Positions 41,208-51,496 of a stretch of DNA of 53,389 nucleotides are shown here, piece after piece. Origin of the DNA: Verrucomicrobiota bacterium (GTDB lineage: Bacteria > Verrucomicrobiota > Verrucomicrobiia > Verrucomicrobiales > DEV007); the NCBI GenBank assembly GCA_045046875.1, contig JASFYY010000129.1, positions 1 through 53,389 of the forward strand, given 5' to 3'. The position numbers and the translations under genes were made by a program. The notes under the pieces are model-generated. The model had not been told where the DNA came from, did no database searches, and saw only the letters and a list, made by a program, of their open reading frames with translations. The stretch's first letter is position 1; each line of letters opens with the position of its first letter.

Positions 41208-41465
41208 TTATTTTTCAAGGCCGTTGTCGGTGGGACTCATCGGAAGGGTTTCCGGTAAATCATTAACATCTATGAAGTTGCTTAAAATGGCAGCTCCGCC
41301 ACCAAAAATCATCATGATGACTAGCATGATGGCGCCGAAAACTACATAAAAGAGCATCACTGCAGGGATGGCGGCGAGCATGATTTTGAAGATGATGGCG
41401 ACTAGACGTCCGAAGGGGATGTCGATATTGGTGATGGTGGTATGCTGAGGTGAGTTTGAGTTCAT
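41208..41465 (-). CDS. Small membrane hypothetical protein
   Basis: ITNIDIPFGRLV..IFK..LAAIPA followed by a long hydrophobic stretch. Confidence 0.65.
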   Translation of the reverse strand: MNSNSPQHTTITNIDIPFGRLVAIIFKIMLAAIPAVMLFYVVFGAIMLVIMMIFGGGAAILSNFIDVNDLPETLPMSPTDNGLEK

Positions 41466-41603
41466 GTGGGGTTGGTAGAATAGATCAGAGTAAGGGACAA
41501 TAGGGTAAAATGACTTGCTGGCAACGAAACCATGGTGTAGAAACTGTATAAGCATTTAGGAATTTATTGGGAGTCGGTGATTTAGTTGATAGGAGTAAGC
41601 TTC

Positions 41604-42776
41604 ATGGATAAAAAAGGGGAAAACAGGGTGATTCGTTGGTTGTGGCAGGCGCTGAAGCTGTTGCTGGTGGCTGCCGTCGTCGGAGGAGTGATTTACCGGG
41701 TCAAATTTGCACCTTTGGTGGTCACTGAGCATCAACTCAAGCAGGGACCGATCGTGGCTGAGGTGATGGGGACGGGCACTTTGGAGGCGCGGGTGAAAGC
41801 GACGATCAGTTCGAAAATATCGGGTTTGTTATCGAAGGTTTTGGTGGATCAGGGGGATCGAGTGACGAAAGGGCAACTGCTGGTTGAGTTGGATGACGAA
41901 GTATTGATTCAGCGGGTGGCGATTGCGCAGGCCGATCTGGAGGCAAAGGAGGCATCGATCAAACGGTTATCGACGGATAAAAAAAGGGAATTGGCGGTTT
42001 TGAAGCAGGCCACCCAGTTGTTGGACCGGATGCAGAAGGCGATAGCGACACGATCCGTATCACAGACGAATTTGGAAAAATCGAGTGAAATGTTTGCCAT
42101 TGCGCAGGCGGGGCTGGCACGGGCGGATGCGGCTATTGCCCAGGGGGAAAAGGAACTGGTGACGGCCGAGGAAACTTTGCATTATCACCGTGCGGCTTTG
42201 GACAATACCAAGGTATTGGCTCCATTTGATGGCTTGATTGTTCGTCGTCAACGTGATCCGGGGGATATTGTTTTGCCGGGCAGCGCGGTGTTGAGGCTGG
42301 TGTCCACCGAAGAACTGTGGGTGAGTGCCTGGGTGGATGAAACGCAGATGGGCAAGGTGGATCCAGGACAGGGGGCACGGGTGGTTTTCAGATCAGAGCC
42401 GGATAGGCTTTTTACTGGAAAAGTGGTTCGTCTGGGTCGCGAAACGGACCGGGAATCGAGAGAATTTGTGGTGGACGTCTCCGTCCCCAAAAAACCGGAA
42501 AACTGGGCTGTGGGTCAGCGAGCGGAAGTGTATATAGAAACAGGGAGGAAGGATCAGGTGGTGCTGTTACCCGTTCGTTATGTGCAATGGCGTGACAGCG
42601 AGGTGGGGGTTTTTATCGCTGTGGCCGGTAAGGCGGTGTGGCATCCGGTTAAGTTGGGATTGCGTAATGACAAGTTCTACGAAGTGCTTGAAGGGGTGAA
42701 GGTGGGCGATGGATTGATCATTCCGTTGAAGGTCAAAAAGCATTTGTTAGAAGGACAAAAGGTCAAGGTGAAATGA
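41604..42776 (+). CDS. Periplasmic adaptor subunit (HlyD/MacA-like)
   Basis: N-terminal TM, VDQGDRV.KGQLL, coiled coil, APFDG. Confidence 0.9.
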   Translation: MDKKGENRVIRWLWQALKLLLVAAVVGGVIYRVKFAPLVVTEHQLKQGPIVAEVMGTGTLEARVKATISSKISGLLSKVLVDQGDRVTKGQLLVELDDEVLIQRVAIAQADLEAKEASIKRLSTDKKRELAVLKQATQLLDRMQKAIATRSVSQTNLEKSSEMFAIAQAGLARADAAIAQGEKELVTAEETLHYHRAALDNTKVLAPFDGLIVRRQRDPGDIVLPGSAVLRLVSTEELWVSAWVDETQMGKVDPGQGARVVFRSEPDRLFTGKVVRLGRETDRESREFVVDVSVPKKPENWAVGQRAEVYIETGRKDQVVLLPVRYVQWRDSEVGVFIAVAGKAVWHPVKLGLRNDKFYEVLEGVKVGDGLIIPLKVKKHLLEGQKVKVK

Positions 42777-43984
42777 ATCTCGCGGCTAAAGATATCCGCC
42801 ACAATGTAGGGCGCTTTGGTTTGACCACGATTGGCATCGGTATGTTGCTGATGGTGGTGATGGGGATGGGGGGGATTTATCGTGGCATCGAAGCGGATGC
42901 CACTTTACTGATCGACGAGGTGGGTGCAGACATCTGGGTGGTGCAAAAAGATACCCGAGGGCCTTTTGCCGAGATTTCCCGTGTTCAGAGCAATTTACTT
43001 TACCGCTTGGAGGCAGTGCAGGGTTTGTACAATGCGCGTGAATTTGTTTTTCACACGGTACAAAGAGAACATGAGGGCCGGGCGTTGCGCATAGCTATTC
43101 TCGGTCTGAGTTGGCCCAGGGATAAAGGAGCTTGGCTTGTTTTGACCGAGGGCCGACCGTTGGTTCAGAATCACTATGAGATGATAGCTGACCAGTCATT
43201 GGGTTTGCGTTTGGGAGAGAAAGTCCAGTTGGCAAAAGAGAGCTACGAGGTGGTGGGAATCACTAGCAGCATGATGAGTGCAGCGGGGGATGGGTTGGGT
43301 TTTGTGACGGTAGCTGACGCGCAGGCAATTCAATTTGATACCTCGGGGGAAGCTCTGAGATTGGAGCGAGCGGCGCGAAAAATTCGGGGAGAAGATAGTG
43401 AGATCGGTGCAAACATGCCGATTTTACTCGATCAGGCAAACCGCCCGAGCATGGAAATACCCGCGTTGTCACGTCCACAAATCAGCGCAGTCATGGCCAG
43501 TGTCGAAGCGGGAACGGATATCGATCAAGTGATGGAGAATCTCACCGGATGGAGTGATGTTTCTGTTTTTACCCGTCAGGGGCAAAGGGATTTATTATTG
43601 AAAGGATCGGTTGAGAAGGTCAGAAAGCAGATTGGCTTGTTCCGCATATTGTTGACCATCATTGCGGCTATCATCATGGCATTGATTTTGTACACCCTGA
43701 CTCTGGATAAAATCCATACCATTGCTTTGTTGAAATTAGTGGGGGCGCCCAATAGCAAGATTCTGGGACTGATCATGCAGGAGTCGCTGTTTATCGGAGT
43801 GCTCGGTTATGGTATAGCTTATTTGCTGGGGCAGCGGATTTTTCCGAATTTTCCGCGGCGGGTGATTCTCATCAATGATGATTTGGTGCAACTGGGGCTG
43901 ATCGTCATAGTTATTTCTGTTGTGGCTAGTTTTCTGGGGATCTGGAAAGCGATGCGAGTATCTCCAAACGAAGCGCTGTCTTAA
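42773..43984 (+). CDS. ABC permease (MacB/FtsX-like)
   Basis: ADIWV periplasmic domain, IALLKLVGA, C-terminal SPNEAL; ATGA overlap. Confidence 0.88.
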   Translation: MNLAAKDIRHNVGRFGLTTIGIGMLLMVVMGMGGIYRGIEADATLLIDEVGADIWVVQKDTRGPFAEISRVQSNLLYRLEAVQGLYNAREFVFHTVQREHEGRALRIAILGLSWPRDKGAWLVLTEGRPLVQNHYEMIADQSLGLRLGEKVQLAKESYEVVGITSSMMSAAGDGLGFVTVADAQAIQFDTSGEALRLERAARKIRGEDSEIGANMPILLDQANRPSMEIPALSRPQISAVMASVEAGTDIDQVMENLTGWSDVSVFTRQGQRDLLLKGSVEKVRKQIGLFRILLTIIAAIIMALILYTLTLDKIHTIALLKLVGAPNSKILGLIMQESLFIGVLGYGIAYLLGQRIFPNFPRRVILINDDLVQLGLIVIVISVVASFLGIWKAMRVSPNEALS

Positions 43985-43986
43985 TT

Positions 43987-44706
43987 ATGAGTGAATCCCT
44001 AGCCATCGTCACCGAGGGTCTGAGTAAGATCTATGGAAGCGGCAATACCGAGGTGGTTGCCATGCGTGATGCTTCGGTGGAGGTGAAACATGGAGAGGTG
44101 GTGGCTTTGCTCGGCCCCAGCGGATCCGGCAAGTCGACTTTTTTGACTGCGGTGGGTTTGATCAATCCCCCGACAGCCGGGCAGGTGTGGATCAACGGAG
44201 AGGTGGTGATGGACGGTCCCCGTGCGATGACCAGTTTGCGGCGTTTTCGACGGCGTGAGATTGGTTATGTGTTTCAAAAATCAAATTTGATCCCTTTTCT
44301 GAGTGCAGTGGAGAATGTGCAGATTGTGATGGAGATCAATGGCAGTGGGGCGACGGAGGGGCGCCGCCGGGCTTTGGATTTGCTCGAGGAGCTCGGAGTG
44401 CGTGACCGGGCTGATAATTTGCCTTCGATGTTGTCCGGAGGTCAGCAACAACGGGTGGCGGTGGCGCGGGCATTAGCCAATCATCCGAGTATTATTCTGG
44501 CAGACGAGCCTACTGCAGCGCTTGACAGCAGTCGCGGGCGTCAGGTGATGGAGCTTTTTGCGCAGGTCGCCCATGACCATGGTGCGGGGGTGATTGTGGT
44601 GACGCATGATCAGCGCGCATTGGATGTTTTTGATACGCTTTACGAGATGGAAGACGGTCTGATCGGACGCGCGGAACATCCGGAAGGAAAGCGGGTCAAA
44701 TCTTGA
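43987..44706 (+). CDS. ABC ATP-binding protein (LolD/DevA-like)
   Basis: GPSGSGKST, LSGGQQQRV, ADEPT and VTHD motifs. Confidence 0.93.
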   Translation: MSESLAIVTEGLSKIYGSGNTEVVAMRDASVEVKHGEVVALLGPSGSGKSTFLTAVGLINPPTAGQVWINGEVVMDGPRAMTSLRRFRRREIGYVFQKSNLIPFLSAVENVQIVMEINGSGATEGRRRALDLLEELGVRDRADNLPSMLSGGQQQRVAVARALANHPSIILADEPTAALDSSRGRQVMELFAQVAHDHGAGVIVVTHDQRALDVFDTLYEMEDGLIGRAEHPEGKRVKS

Positions 44707-44751
44707 ACCTTGGTTTTGAGGGCAGTTTAGGAAACTTTATATTGGTTGCTT

Positions 44752-45873
44752 TTACGGCAGTCGTTGGTTTTCCAACCAGTAGAGACCGCTGCGTCCCGGA
44801 CAGACCAGGTCGAGGTCGCCGTCTTTATCGAGATCGATCACTTGAGGATCAAGACCAAAACCAACTTGTTGGTCTTTGATGATCAGCCGTTTTTCCCAGG
44901 TTTTGTTTTTTTTGTTAAATTGGTAACTGTAGATCACCAGAGGGTCGTGGGCGCCCGGGTCTTTGCCGTCGTGAGCCATGTAACGTTTGCCGGCGATCAG
45001 CTCGTCCTGGCCGTCGCCATCGAGATCGGCCCAAAGTGGGGCGTGGGCTTGTGACCATGATTGGTCGATGAGGTGGTGTTGCCAGTTTCGTTGACCCTTG
45101 CTGTCGATTTTTTGTTCTTCCCAGAACAGGCCGTAATCGTGACCTTCGCCCCAGACGATGTCATTGTCTCCATCGTCATCAACATCAACGATGAGGATGG
45201 GCACACTGGGGCGTTTTTTGAGTTCGAATTCGGGATGCCACTGCCACTTTCCAGTGATGCGGTTTGCGGGGGCTTGCATCCACCCGTTGAGACCAACGAT
45301 GTCGGCACGCCCGTCGCCATCGATGTCTCCAAAACCGGTTCCGTGACCAGCTAACTGGAGGGGAAGGTCACGGCGGATGAATTTTTTGCCCTGCCGCTGC
45401 CACCAGGCGGCAAATTTATTGCCATTGGGTAGAATGTCGAGCTGGCCGTCGTCGTCGATATCATGCAGTCGGCCGGTTTCCATCGCTCCCGGTTCGGCGA
45501 TGAGGTGTTTGGGCCAGGGTTGCAGCAAGTCGTCCGGGTGTTCGATCCAGTAGATGGACTTGCTGCGGTAATTGACATTGATGAAGTCGGTGTCGCCGTC
45601 TCCATCTACGTCGTAGGGCAGGTGCGAATAACCGTCAAACCAGCCGCGGATTTTTTTGACATCACGAACGAAGTGGCGTCTCCAGTAAGGGGCTTCATAC
45701 CACCAGCCTCCACAGATGATGTCAAGCTGCCCGTCTCCATTGATGTCGTCGACCGCTGCAGCGCTGTAGGTGGATTTTTTGCCGAGCAGGTGAAGCTTGA
45801 AAGAGAGCTCTGAGGAAAAAGCCGGACTGGCAGTGAGAAACAGAATGAAGACGGTAACAATCGAGTTGTTCAT
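44752..45873 (-). CDS. Secreted FG-GAP/VCBS repeat protein
   Basis: Seven D-x-D/N-x-DG-x-x-D repeats; signal peptide. Confidence 0.88.
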   Translation of the reverse strand: MNNSIVTVFILFLTASPAFSSELSFKLHLLGKKSTYSAAAVDDINGDGQLDIICGGWWYEAPYWRRHFVRDVKKIRGWFDGYSHLPYDVDGDGDTDFINVNYRSKSIYWIEHPDDLLQPWPKHLIAEPGAMETGRLHDIDDDGQLDILPNGNKFAAWWQRQGKKFIRRDLPLQLAGHGTGFGDIDGDGRADIVGLNGWMQAPANRITGKWQWHPEFELKKRPSVPILIVDVDDDGDNDIVWGEGHDYGLFWEEQKIDSKGQRNWQHHLIDQSWSQAHAPLWADLDGDGQDELIAGKRYMAHDGKDPGAHDPLVIYSYQFNKKNKTWEKRLIIKDQQVGFGLDPQVIDLDKDGDLDLVCPGRSGLYWLENQRLP

Positions 45874-45923
45874 AATGGGGTTCTATGAATATAGTCTGGA
45901 TAGGAAGTGTAGGGAAAGAATTT

Positions 45924-46703
45924 ATGGAACTCGACGACAAACAGCGTGCGGCTCAGGAACAATTTGGCAAACAGAGCAGTTGTTATGGCAAGGGGCATAT
46001 CCTTGCGGATGTGAGTGATGTGGAAGAGGCTCTTGCCCGCACCACCTTGTCGCCAGGGGCCTCGGCTTTGGATGTGGCTACGGGTGCCGGGCATACGGCT
46101 TTGTATCTGGCTGGTAATGGACTGGAGGTGACCGCTTGTGATGTGGCGAGGGCGATGTTGGACCGCACAGCGGAAGCGGCCGGAGAGCTTGGCTTGGAGA
46201 TAAATTTGCAACAACACGTGGCCGAAGTTTTTCCCTATCAGGATGATTTTTTTGATCTGGTGACCTGTCGGGTGGCGGGGCATCATTTCAGCGATGTGAA
46301 GGATTTTGTGAATGAGTCCGCCCGGGTGCTGAAGCCTGGGGGCTGGTTTTTATTGATCGACGGCAGTGTGCCTGACGATGAAGCGGTGGCGGAGGCTTGG
46401 ACTCACCAAGTGGAAAAATTACGCGATCCAAGTCACGGGCGTTTTCTGAGGCAGGGAGAGTGGAGTGAGTTGTGCGCGGGTGCGGGTTTGTCGGTAATCA
46501 GCAGCGAGCTGCAAGCGATGAAGATGCCGGACTTGGATTGGTATTTTGAGGCGGCGAATACGGCGGAAGAAAACCGGGTGAAAGTCCGGGACTTGGTGCG
46601 CAATGCTCCACAGCAAGCGAGACGAGTGTTTTCTCTGGCTGAGGAAGGTGGGAAGACGGTATGGTGGTGGCAGCGCTTGACTTTAGTGGCGCAAAAAATC
46701 TAA
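45924..46703 (+). CDS. Class I SAM-dependent methyltransferase
   Basis: LDVATGAGH, FDLVTCR...HHF and RVLKPGG motifs. Confidence 0.9.
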   Translation: MELDDKQRAAQEQFGKQSSCYGKGHILADVSDVEEALARTTLSPGASALDVATGAGHTALYLAGNGLEVTACDVARAMLDRTAEAAGELGLEINLQQHVAEVFPYQDDFFDLVTCRVAGHHFSDVKDFVNESARVLKPGGWFLLIDGSVPDDEAVAEAWTHQVEKLRDPSHGRFLRQGEWSELCAGAGLSVISSELQAMKMPDLDWYFEAANTAEENRVKVRDLVRNAPQQARRVFSLAEEGGKTVWWWQRLTLVAQKI

Positions 46704-47458
46704 CGAGGCGGAGCAAAGCCCTTCATTGGAGTGAAGTCGCGGTTGAGTTGTTGATTTTGGCTGAACCCCAAGGCTGTTTTTAACAGTTGAGGATTATTAA
46801 CCACAGTGGTTTTGATGGGGCCTATAGAGGATTTGGCTAACAAAATTTCGTCTTTGGGGTCTTGAATAATAAGCAAATAACCGTCGAATTCCCAGCCTCC
46901 GGTATTGGTGGAATCTTTGTCAGAATCATAAGAGGTTCTGACGGGAAGAAATTCGTGGCTATATTCTTTGGATGCTAAAATGGATGTTTCGAATTTTTGG
47001 ATGGAGAGAATTTTTGACCAATCCATTGTTTTATCAGCGTAGCGTTTGGCATTTCTGCCGATCAGGAATATAGTGAATTTACATTTGGGTAAATCAATAT
47101 CCCGGGCAGTATTTTTAATTTTTGTGGATACGGAAACCAAGTTGTTTTTCATGTAGGAGCTGCCGCGTTGCTTTTCACGACGTTTGCCTATGGAGACTTT
47201 AATGTCTAATTTGGGAAAAGCGATGGGCGCAGCCGCTATAATTTTTTTCTGTGATTCCTGGTCAAAGAGGGAGATTTTGACGTTGAAGATATTGCCGTCC
47301 GTTCTTTTGATGCGCACATTGCCGCTGGACTTGGTGTAAGACATCACTTCGACGTCCATGATGCGGCCCTTGGTGTCTTGCACAGTGATGGAGAAGGCCT
47401 GGGAGGTAGCAGCCATTATTAATAAGAATAGGCAGAGAGAGAAGGTTCGGGAGATCAT
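46700..47458 (-). CDS. Secreted hypothetical protein, AT-rich (SHD1-like N-terminus)
   Basis: Signal peptide AATSQA; DTKGR..V.IKRTDG.....IS.F..E.Q pattern; visibly more AT-rich than its neighbours. Confidence 0.7.
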   Translation of the reverse strand: MISRTFSLCLFLLIMAATSQAFSITVQDTKGRIMDVEVMSYTKSSGNVRIKRTDGNIFNVKISLFDQESQKKIIAAAPIAFPKLDIKVSIGKRREKQRGSSYMKNNLVSVSTKIKNTARDIDLPKCKFTIFLIGRNAKRYADKTMDWSKILSIQKFETSILASKEYSHEFLPVRTSYDSDKDSTNTGGWEFDGYLLIIQDPKDEILLAKSSIGPIKTTVVNNPQLLKTALGFSQNQQLNRDFTPMKGFAPPR

Positions 47459-47629
47459 GGCTTGGAAATGGGAATAGATTAGCAGTGTCGAGCGTCAGTG
47501 TAACATATGAAATAAGTGATATTTTTCAAGTGGAGAATGAGCGGCTAAAGCGTAGTGATTTTGATTTGCCGTTGTGCTCATAGGGGCTAAGTTTTTTTGC
47601 TTTTGACAATGGTTGACAATAAATTTGAT

Positions 47630-49741
47630 ATGGATACTGGAAATAAGCCTTTTTTGATGGAGCGTCGCCAATGGCTGAGCGGTGTGGGTGGAGCGGCCTT
47701 CGGCTTGTCCTTTGGAGGTTTGTCCGGAGTGCGAGGATTGATGGCAGCAGATGGCCCCAAGGCGTCGGAGATAGCTCCCTTCAACCGTTTTCCAAGGATG
47801 GTGCAGGAGTCTTTTGTGCGTCGGGTGAGCCGGGTGGAAATGAAGGGTTTGCTGGCCAAGTCGGAATTAAAAAACAAAGCAGACGCCGAGGCTTACGTGG
47901 AAGAGGTCCAGGGGAAAATCAAAGCGGTTTTTGCTCCTCTGCCAAAGAGAAAAAGTTCGCTGAAAGCGAGGATCACCGGAATCGTTGAACGGGAGGCTTA
48001 CAAGATCGAGAAATTGATATTTGAGAGCCGTCCGGGCTTTTTAGTGACGGCCAATCTCTATGTGCCCAAGGGGAAAACGGAACCGATGCCGGCGGTGGTG
48101 GGTACCTGCGGGCATTCAAAAAACGGTAAGGCTTCGGAGGCTTACCAGTCGTATGCCCAGGGTTTGGCCAAGCAAGGTTATGTGGTTTTGATTTATGATC
48201 CGATTGGGCAGGGAGAGCGCTTGCAATATGCGGGTGAGGATTTGAAGTCACTGGTAGGTGGGCCGACGACGGAACACGCGCAAGCGGGGAACCAGCAGTT
48301 TCTGGTGGGTGATTTTTTTGGTTCGTGGCGAGCATGGGACGGGATACGGGCTTTGGATTATCTGCTGACTCGCAAGGAGGTGGATGCTGAAAGGATCGGA
48401 GTCACCGGTAATTCGGGCGGTGGCACGATGACCACGTGGTTGTGTGGGATCGAATCGAGGTGGGCGATGGCGGCGCCGAGTTGTTTTGTGACGACCTGGC
48501 GGCATAACATGGAAAATGAGTTGCCTCAGGATACCGAGCAATGCCCGCCGAAGACTTTGGCGCTGGGTTTGGACCATGATGATTTTCTAGCGGCGATGGC
48601 TCCCAAGCCGCTGATCATATTGGCCAAGGAGAAGGACTTTTTTGATGCGCGTGGTTCGGCAAAGGCCTATGAACGCTTGAAGAATCTCTATCGTCTGTTG
48701 GGCAAGGAGGAAAACATCAGTTTGTTCACCGGGCCTACGACACATGGGTACAGTCAGGAGAACCGTGAGGCGATGTATGATGTATTTAATAAAGCGACCG
48801 GGATGCCGGCGATCGAAGCAGAGCCGGATATCCAGATCGAAAAGGATGAAACCTTGCAGTGCACTCCGACCGGTCAGGTGAAGGACCTGGAGTCGCGTTC
48901 GGTGTTCAGCTTCACCGCAGCAAAAGCACGAAGCCAGCAGAAGAATCGCAAACAGAAGGGTTTGAAAGGTGAGCAGTTGAAAAAGGTGCTTAATGAAACT
49001 TTGCGGCTGCCGGAGAGAGATCTGGCTCCACGGTCACGCATATACAGAGCTTCGGGAAGAGCGCGCGGTTATCCTAAAAAGTTTTACATCAACTATGGGG
49101 TGGAAAGTGATCCAGGCATCATGTCGATATGCACCATGCTGGGTGATGAGCGTATGCATTCGCGCCCTGCAAAGGCTGAGGATGAAGGGCGGGCCTTGTT
49201 GTATGTTTCCCATTTGTCAGCGGATGAGGAATTGAGGGAGGAACCTTTATTGCGTGAGTTGATTGAAAAAGAAGGCGGGAAAACACGGGTATTTGCCTGT
49301 GATGTGCGCGGAGTGGGGGACTCGCGTCCGGGACTGGTTTCCCAGGCGGATCCTTACGCTTATTATGGGGCAGATTATATGTATGCGATTTATTCGCTGA
49401 TGTTTAACCGACCTTATCTCGGAGGACGAACCTACGATGTGTTGACGGTATTGGACTGGATGGCTGCGCGGGGATATAAAAATGTGCATCTGGTGGGCAA
49501 AGGGTGGGGAGCGTTGCCGGCCACCTTTGCGGCAGTGCTGAGTGATCATGTGAAGCAGGTGACCTTGAAAAATAGTCTGACAAGTTATTTTGATGTGAGC
49601 CAGGCTGAATTTTACAAATGGCCCTTGGCGTCTTTTTTACCCGGGGTGTTGAGGAAGTTTGATTTGCCAGAATGTTATGCAGAGCTTGAGAGCAAGGGTT
49701 TGCGTCAGGTTGAACCTTGGGACGCTAGTATGGGCGAGTAG
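47630..49741 (+). CDS. Tat-exported two-domain alpha/beta hydrolase (acetylxylan esterase-like)
   Basis: ERRQWL Tat motif, CGHS.NGK, DPIGQGER, GNSGG nucleophile; the second domain has GKGWG. Confidence 0.85.
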   Translation: MDTGNKPFLMERRQWLSGVGGAAFGLSFGGLSGVRGLMAADGPKASEIAPFNRFPRMVQESFVRRVSRVEMKGLLAKSELKNKADAEAYVEEVQGKIKAVFAPLPKRKSSLKARITGIVEREAYKIEKLIFESRPGFLVTANLYVPKGKTEPMPAVVGTCGHSKNGKASEAYQSYAQGLAKQGYVVLIYDPIGQGERLQYAGEDLKSLVGGPTTEHAQAGNQQFLVGDFFGSWRAWDGIRALDYLLTRKEVDAERIGVTGNSGGGTMTTWLCGIESRWAMAAPSCFVTTWRHNMENELPQDTEQCPPKTLALGLDHDDFLAAMAPKPLIILAKEKDFFDARGSAKAYERLKNLYRLLGKEENISLFTGPTTHGYSQENREAMYDVFNKATGMPAIEAEPDIQIEKDETLQCTPTGQVKDLESRSVFSFTAAKARSQQKNRKQKGLKGEQLKKVLNETLRLPERDLAPRSRIYRASGRARGYPKKFYINYGVESDPGIMSICTMLGDERMHSRPAKAEDEGRALLYVSHLSADEELREEPLLRELIEKEGGKTRVFACDVRGVGDSRPGLVSQADPYAYYGADYMYAIYSLMFNRPYLGGRTYDVLTVLDWMAARGYKNVHLVGKGWGALPATFAAVLSDHVKQVTLKNSLTSYFDVSQAEFYKWPLASFLPGVLRKFDLPECYAELESKGLRQVEPWDASMGE

Positions 49742-49800
49742 AGAGATGAGAATAGACCGCGGATGGCGCGGATAAGAGGGCTGGGAATACGAAAATAATT

Positions 49801-50157
49801 ATGGAAACTTTACAGCAGGTTAGGCCGGAGCATTTAAATCATCATGGTTTTTTGTTCGGGGGGTATATGTTGATGTGGGTGGATGAGGCGGCGTGGATTG
49901 CGGCCAGCTTGGATCGCCCGGATTGTCATTTTGTTACTGTAGGGATGGAGCGGGTGGAGTTTCGGCGCAAGGTGCAGGAGGGCTCGATCCTCATGTTTAC
50001 GATTAAAGAAAACCGGGTGGGTCGCACCTCGGTGACTTATCAAGTTGATGTGGTTTGCCGCCATGCGGCGGGGCATGAAAAGTCGGCCGAACCGGTTTTT
50101 TCAAACCAGGTGACGTTGGTGCGAGTGGATGAGGCGGGGGAGAAGATTCCGCTCTAG
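49801..50157 (+). CDS. Acyl-CoA thioesterase (hotdog fold)
   Basis: HLNHHG.LFGG.ML.WVDEAA and VGRTS motifs. Confidence 0.9.
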   Translation: METLQQVRPEHLNHHGFLFGGYMLMWVDEAAWIAASLDRPDCHFVTVGMERVEFRRKVQEGSILMFTIKENRVGRTSVTYQVDVVCRHAAGHEKSAEPVFSNQVTLVRVDEAGEKIPL

Positions 50158-50271
50158 AGCATCTCTGGAATCCTCATATTGGCTGAAGGTGATAACAAAC
50201 GGGAGTTCATTGACAAAGATGAGGAGCGCATCAATGCTGATTCCTTGTTATTCAGTTCACGCATAAGCCAT

Positions 50272-51210
50272 ATGAAAAAACCTATTGTTCTTTTATCTTT
50301 GTTGTTAGTTTTTATTGTTCAAGTCTCTATAGCCGCAGAGGCTCCGGAGGTCATTGAAGCGACCCGGGCTGAAGTGGCTTACGGATCTCATGAGATGAAC
50401 GTATTGGATTTCTGGCAGGCGGAGGGGGACGGGCCACGGCCTTTGCTGATTTATATTCATGGTGGCGGTTGGGTGGGTGGGGATAAAACCAAGTGGATGG
50501 GAGGCACGCCGATCAAACTGGCTTCGAGATTGAAACCTTTTTTGGACAAGGGGATTTCTGTGGCTGCGGTGAATTATCGCCTGAGCGGGGTGGCACCCCT
50601 GCCGGCTCCGGTTCACGATGCGGCCCGGGCGGTGCAGTTCTTACGCTATAAAGCTAAAGAATGGAATATAGATAAAGATCACATTGCGTTGACCGGGGGC
50701 AGTGCCGGGGCATGCACGTCGATGTGGATTTTGTTGCATGATGATCTGGCTGACCCTGAATCCAAGGATCCGGTTTCGCGGGAGTCCACCCGGGTGCAGG
50801 GCGCGGCGGTCGCTGCCGGGCAGACGTCGATTGACCCCAAGGTGATCGAGCCGTGGTTGGGGGAGAATGTTTTAAAACATAATATGATCAACATGGCGGT
50901 GGGTGAAAAAAACATGCAGGGGGCTTTGCAGAATTATGACAAACATAAAGCTCTGTATGTTGAGTTTTCTCCGTACAATCATGTCAGCAAAGATGATCCG
51001 CCTCTGCTGATGACTTATGGCAATGACATGACCTTGCCTTCAAAGAATGCAGGGCACGGAATTCACCATCCGGTTTACGGGGTGAAACTAAAAGAGAAGT
51101 CTGACAAGCTCGGGCACGAATGTCATCTGTTGATCCGAGGGGTGTCTGAATCTGAGAAGTATTCGGATAGCAATCAGTTTTTGTTTGAGGTGCTGTTGAA
51201 GGATGCATGA
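50272..51210 (+). CDS. Secreted alpha/beta hydrolase (HSL/BD-FAE-like esterase)
   Basis: Signal peptide, IHGGGW, NYRL, GGSAG. Confidence 0.88.
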   Translation: MKKPIVLLSLLLVFIVQVSIAAEAPEVIEATRAEVAYGSHEMNVLDFWQAEGDGPRPLLIYIHGGGWVGGDKTKWMGGTPIKLASRLKPFLDKGISVAAVNYRLSGVAPLPAPVHDAARAVQFLRYKAKEWNIDKDHIALTGGSAGACTSMWILLHDDLADPESKDPVSRESTRVQGAAVAAGQTSIDPKVIEPWLGENVLKHNMINMAVGEKNMQGALQNYDKHKALYVEFSPYNHVSKDDPPLLMTYGNDMTLPSKNAGHGIHHPVYGVKLKEKSDKLGHECHLLIRGVSESEKYSDSNQFLFEVLLKDA

Positions 51211-51265
51211 CAAAAAAGTTAGCCATTGTGTATTGAAAGCTACCTTATCACACATCAACATCATT

Positions 51266-51442
51266 CCGCCCTTTTAGGGCTGGTTATAAAACCGATTTAA
51301 CCCCAGCGCTTCGCACTGGGCTATCACATTTTGTCCTTACAGGACAGTTTGTTTTCATCTCTTGCACCAACGGTGCTCAATGAGATAGCCCAGTGCGAAG
51401 CGCTGGGTAAATAATCCAATTCTTCCAGCCCTGCAAAGGGCG
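51266..51442. repeat. REP-like doublet of palindromic units in inverted orientation
   Basis: cccagcgcttcgcactgggctatc (51302-51325) is the exact reverse complement of 51384-51407; outer cgccct..agggct hairpins are mirrored at 51267 and 51425. Confidence 0.85.
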
Positions 51443-51496
51443 AAACGCATGGAGGTCAGTAGCTTATTTTTGCCGCGGCCCTTAAGCGAGAAGTGG

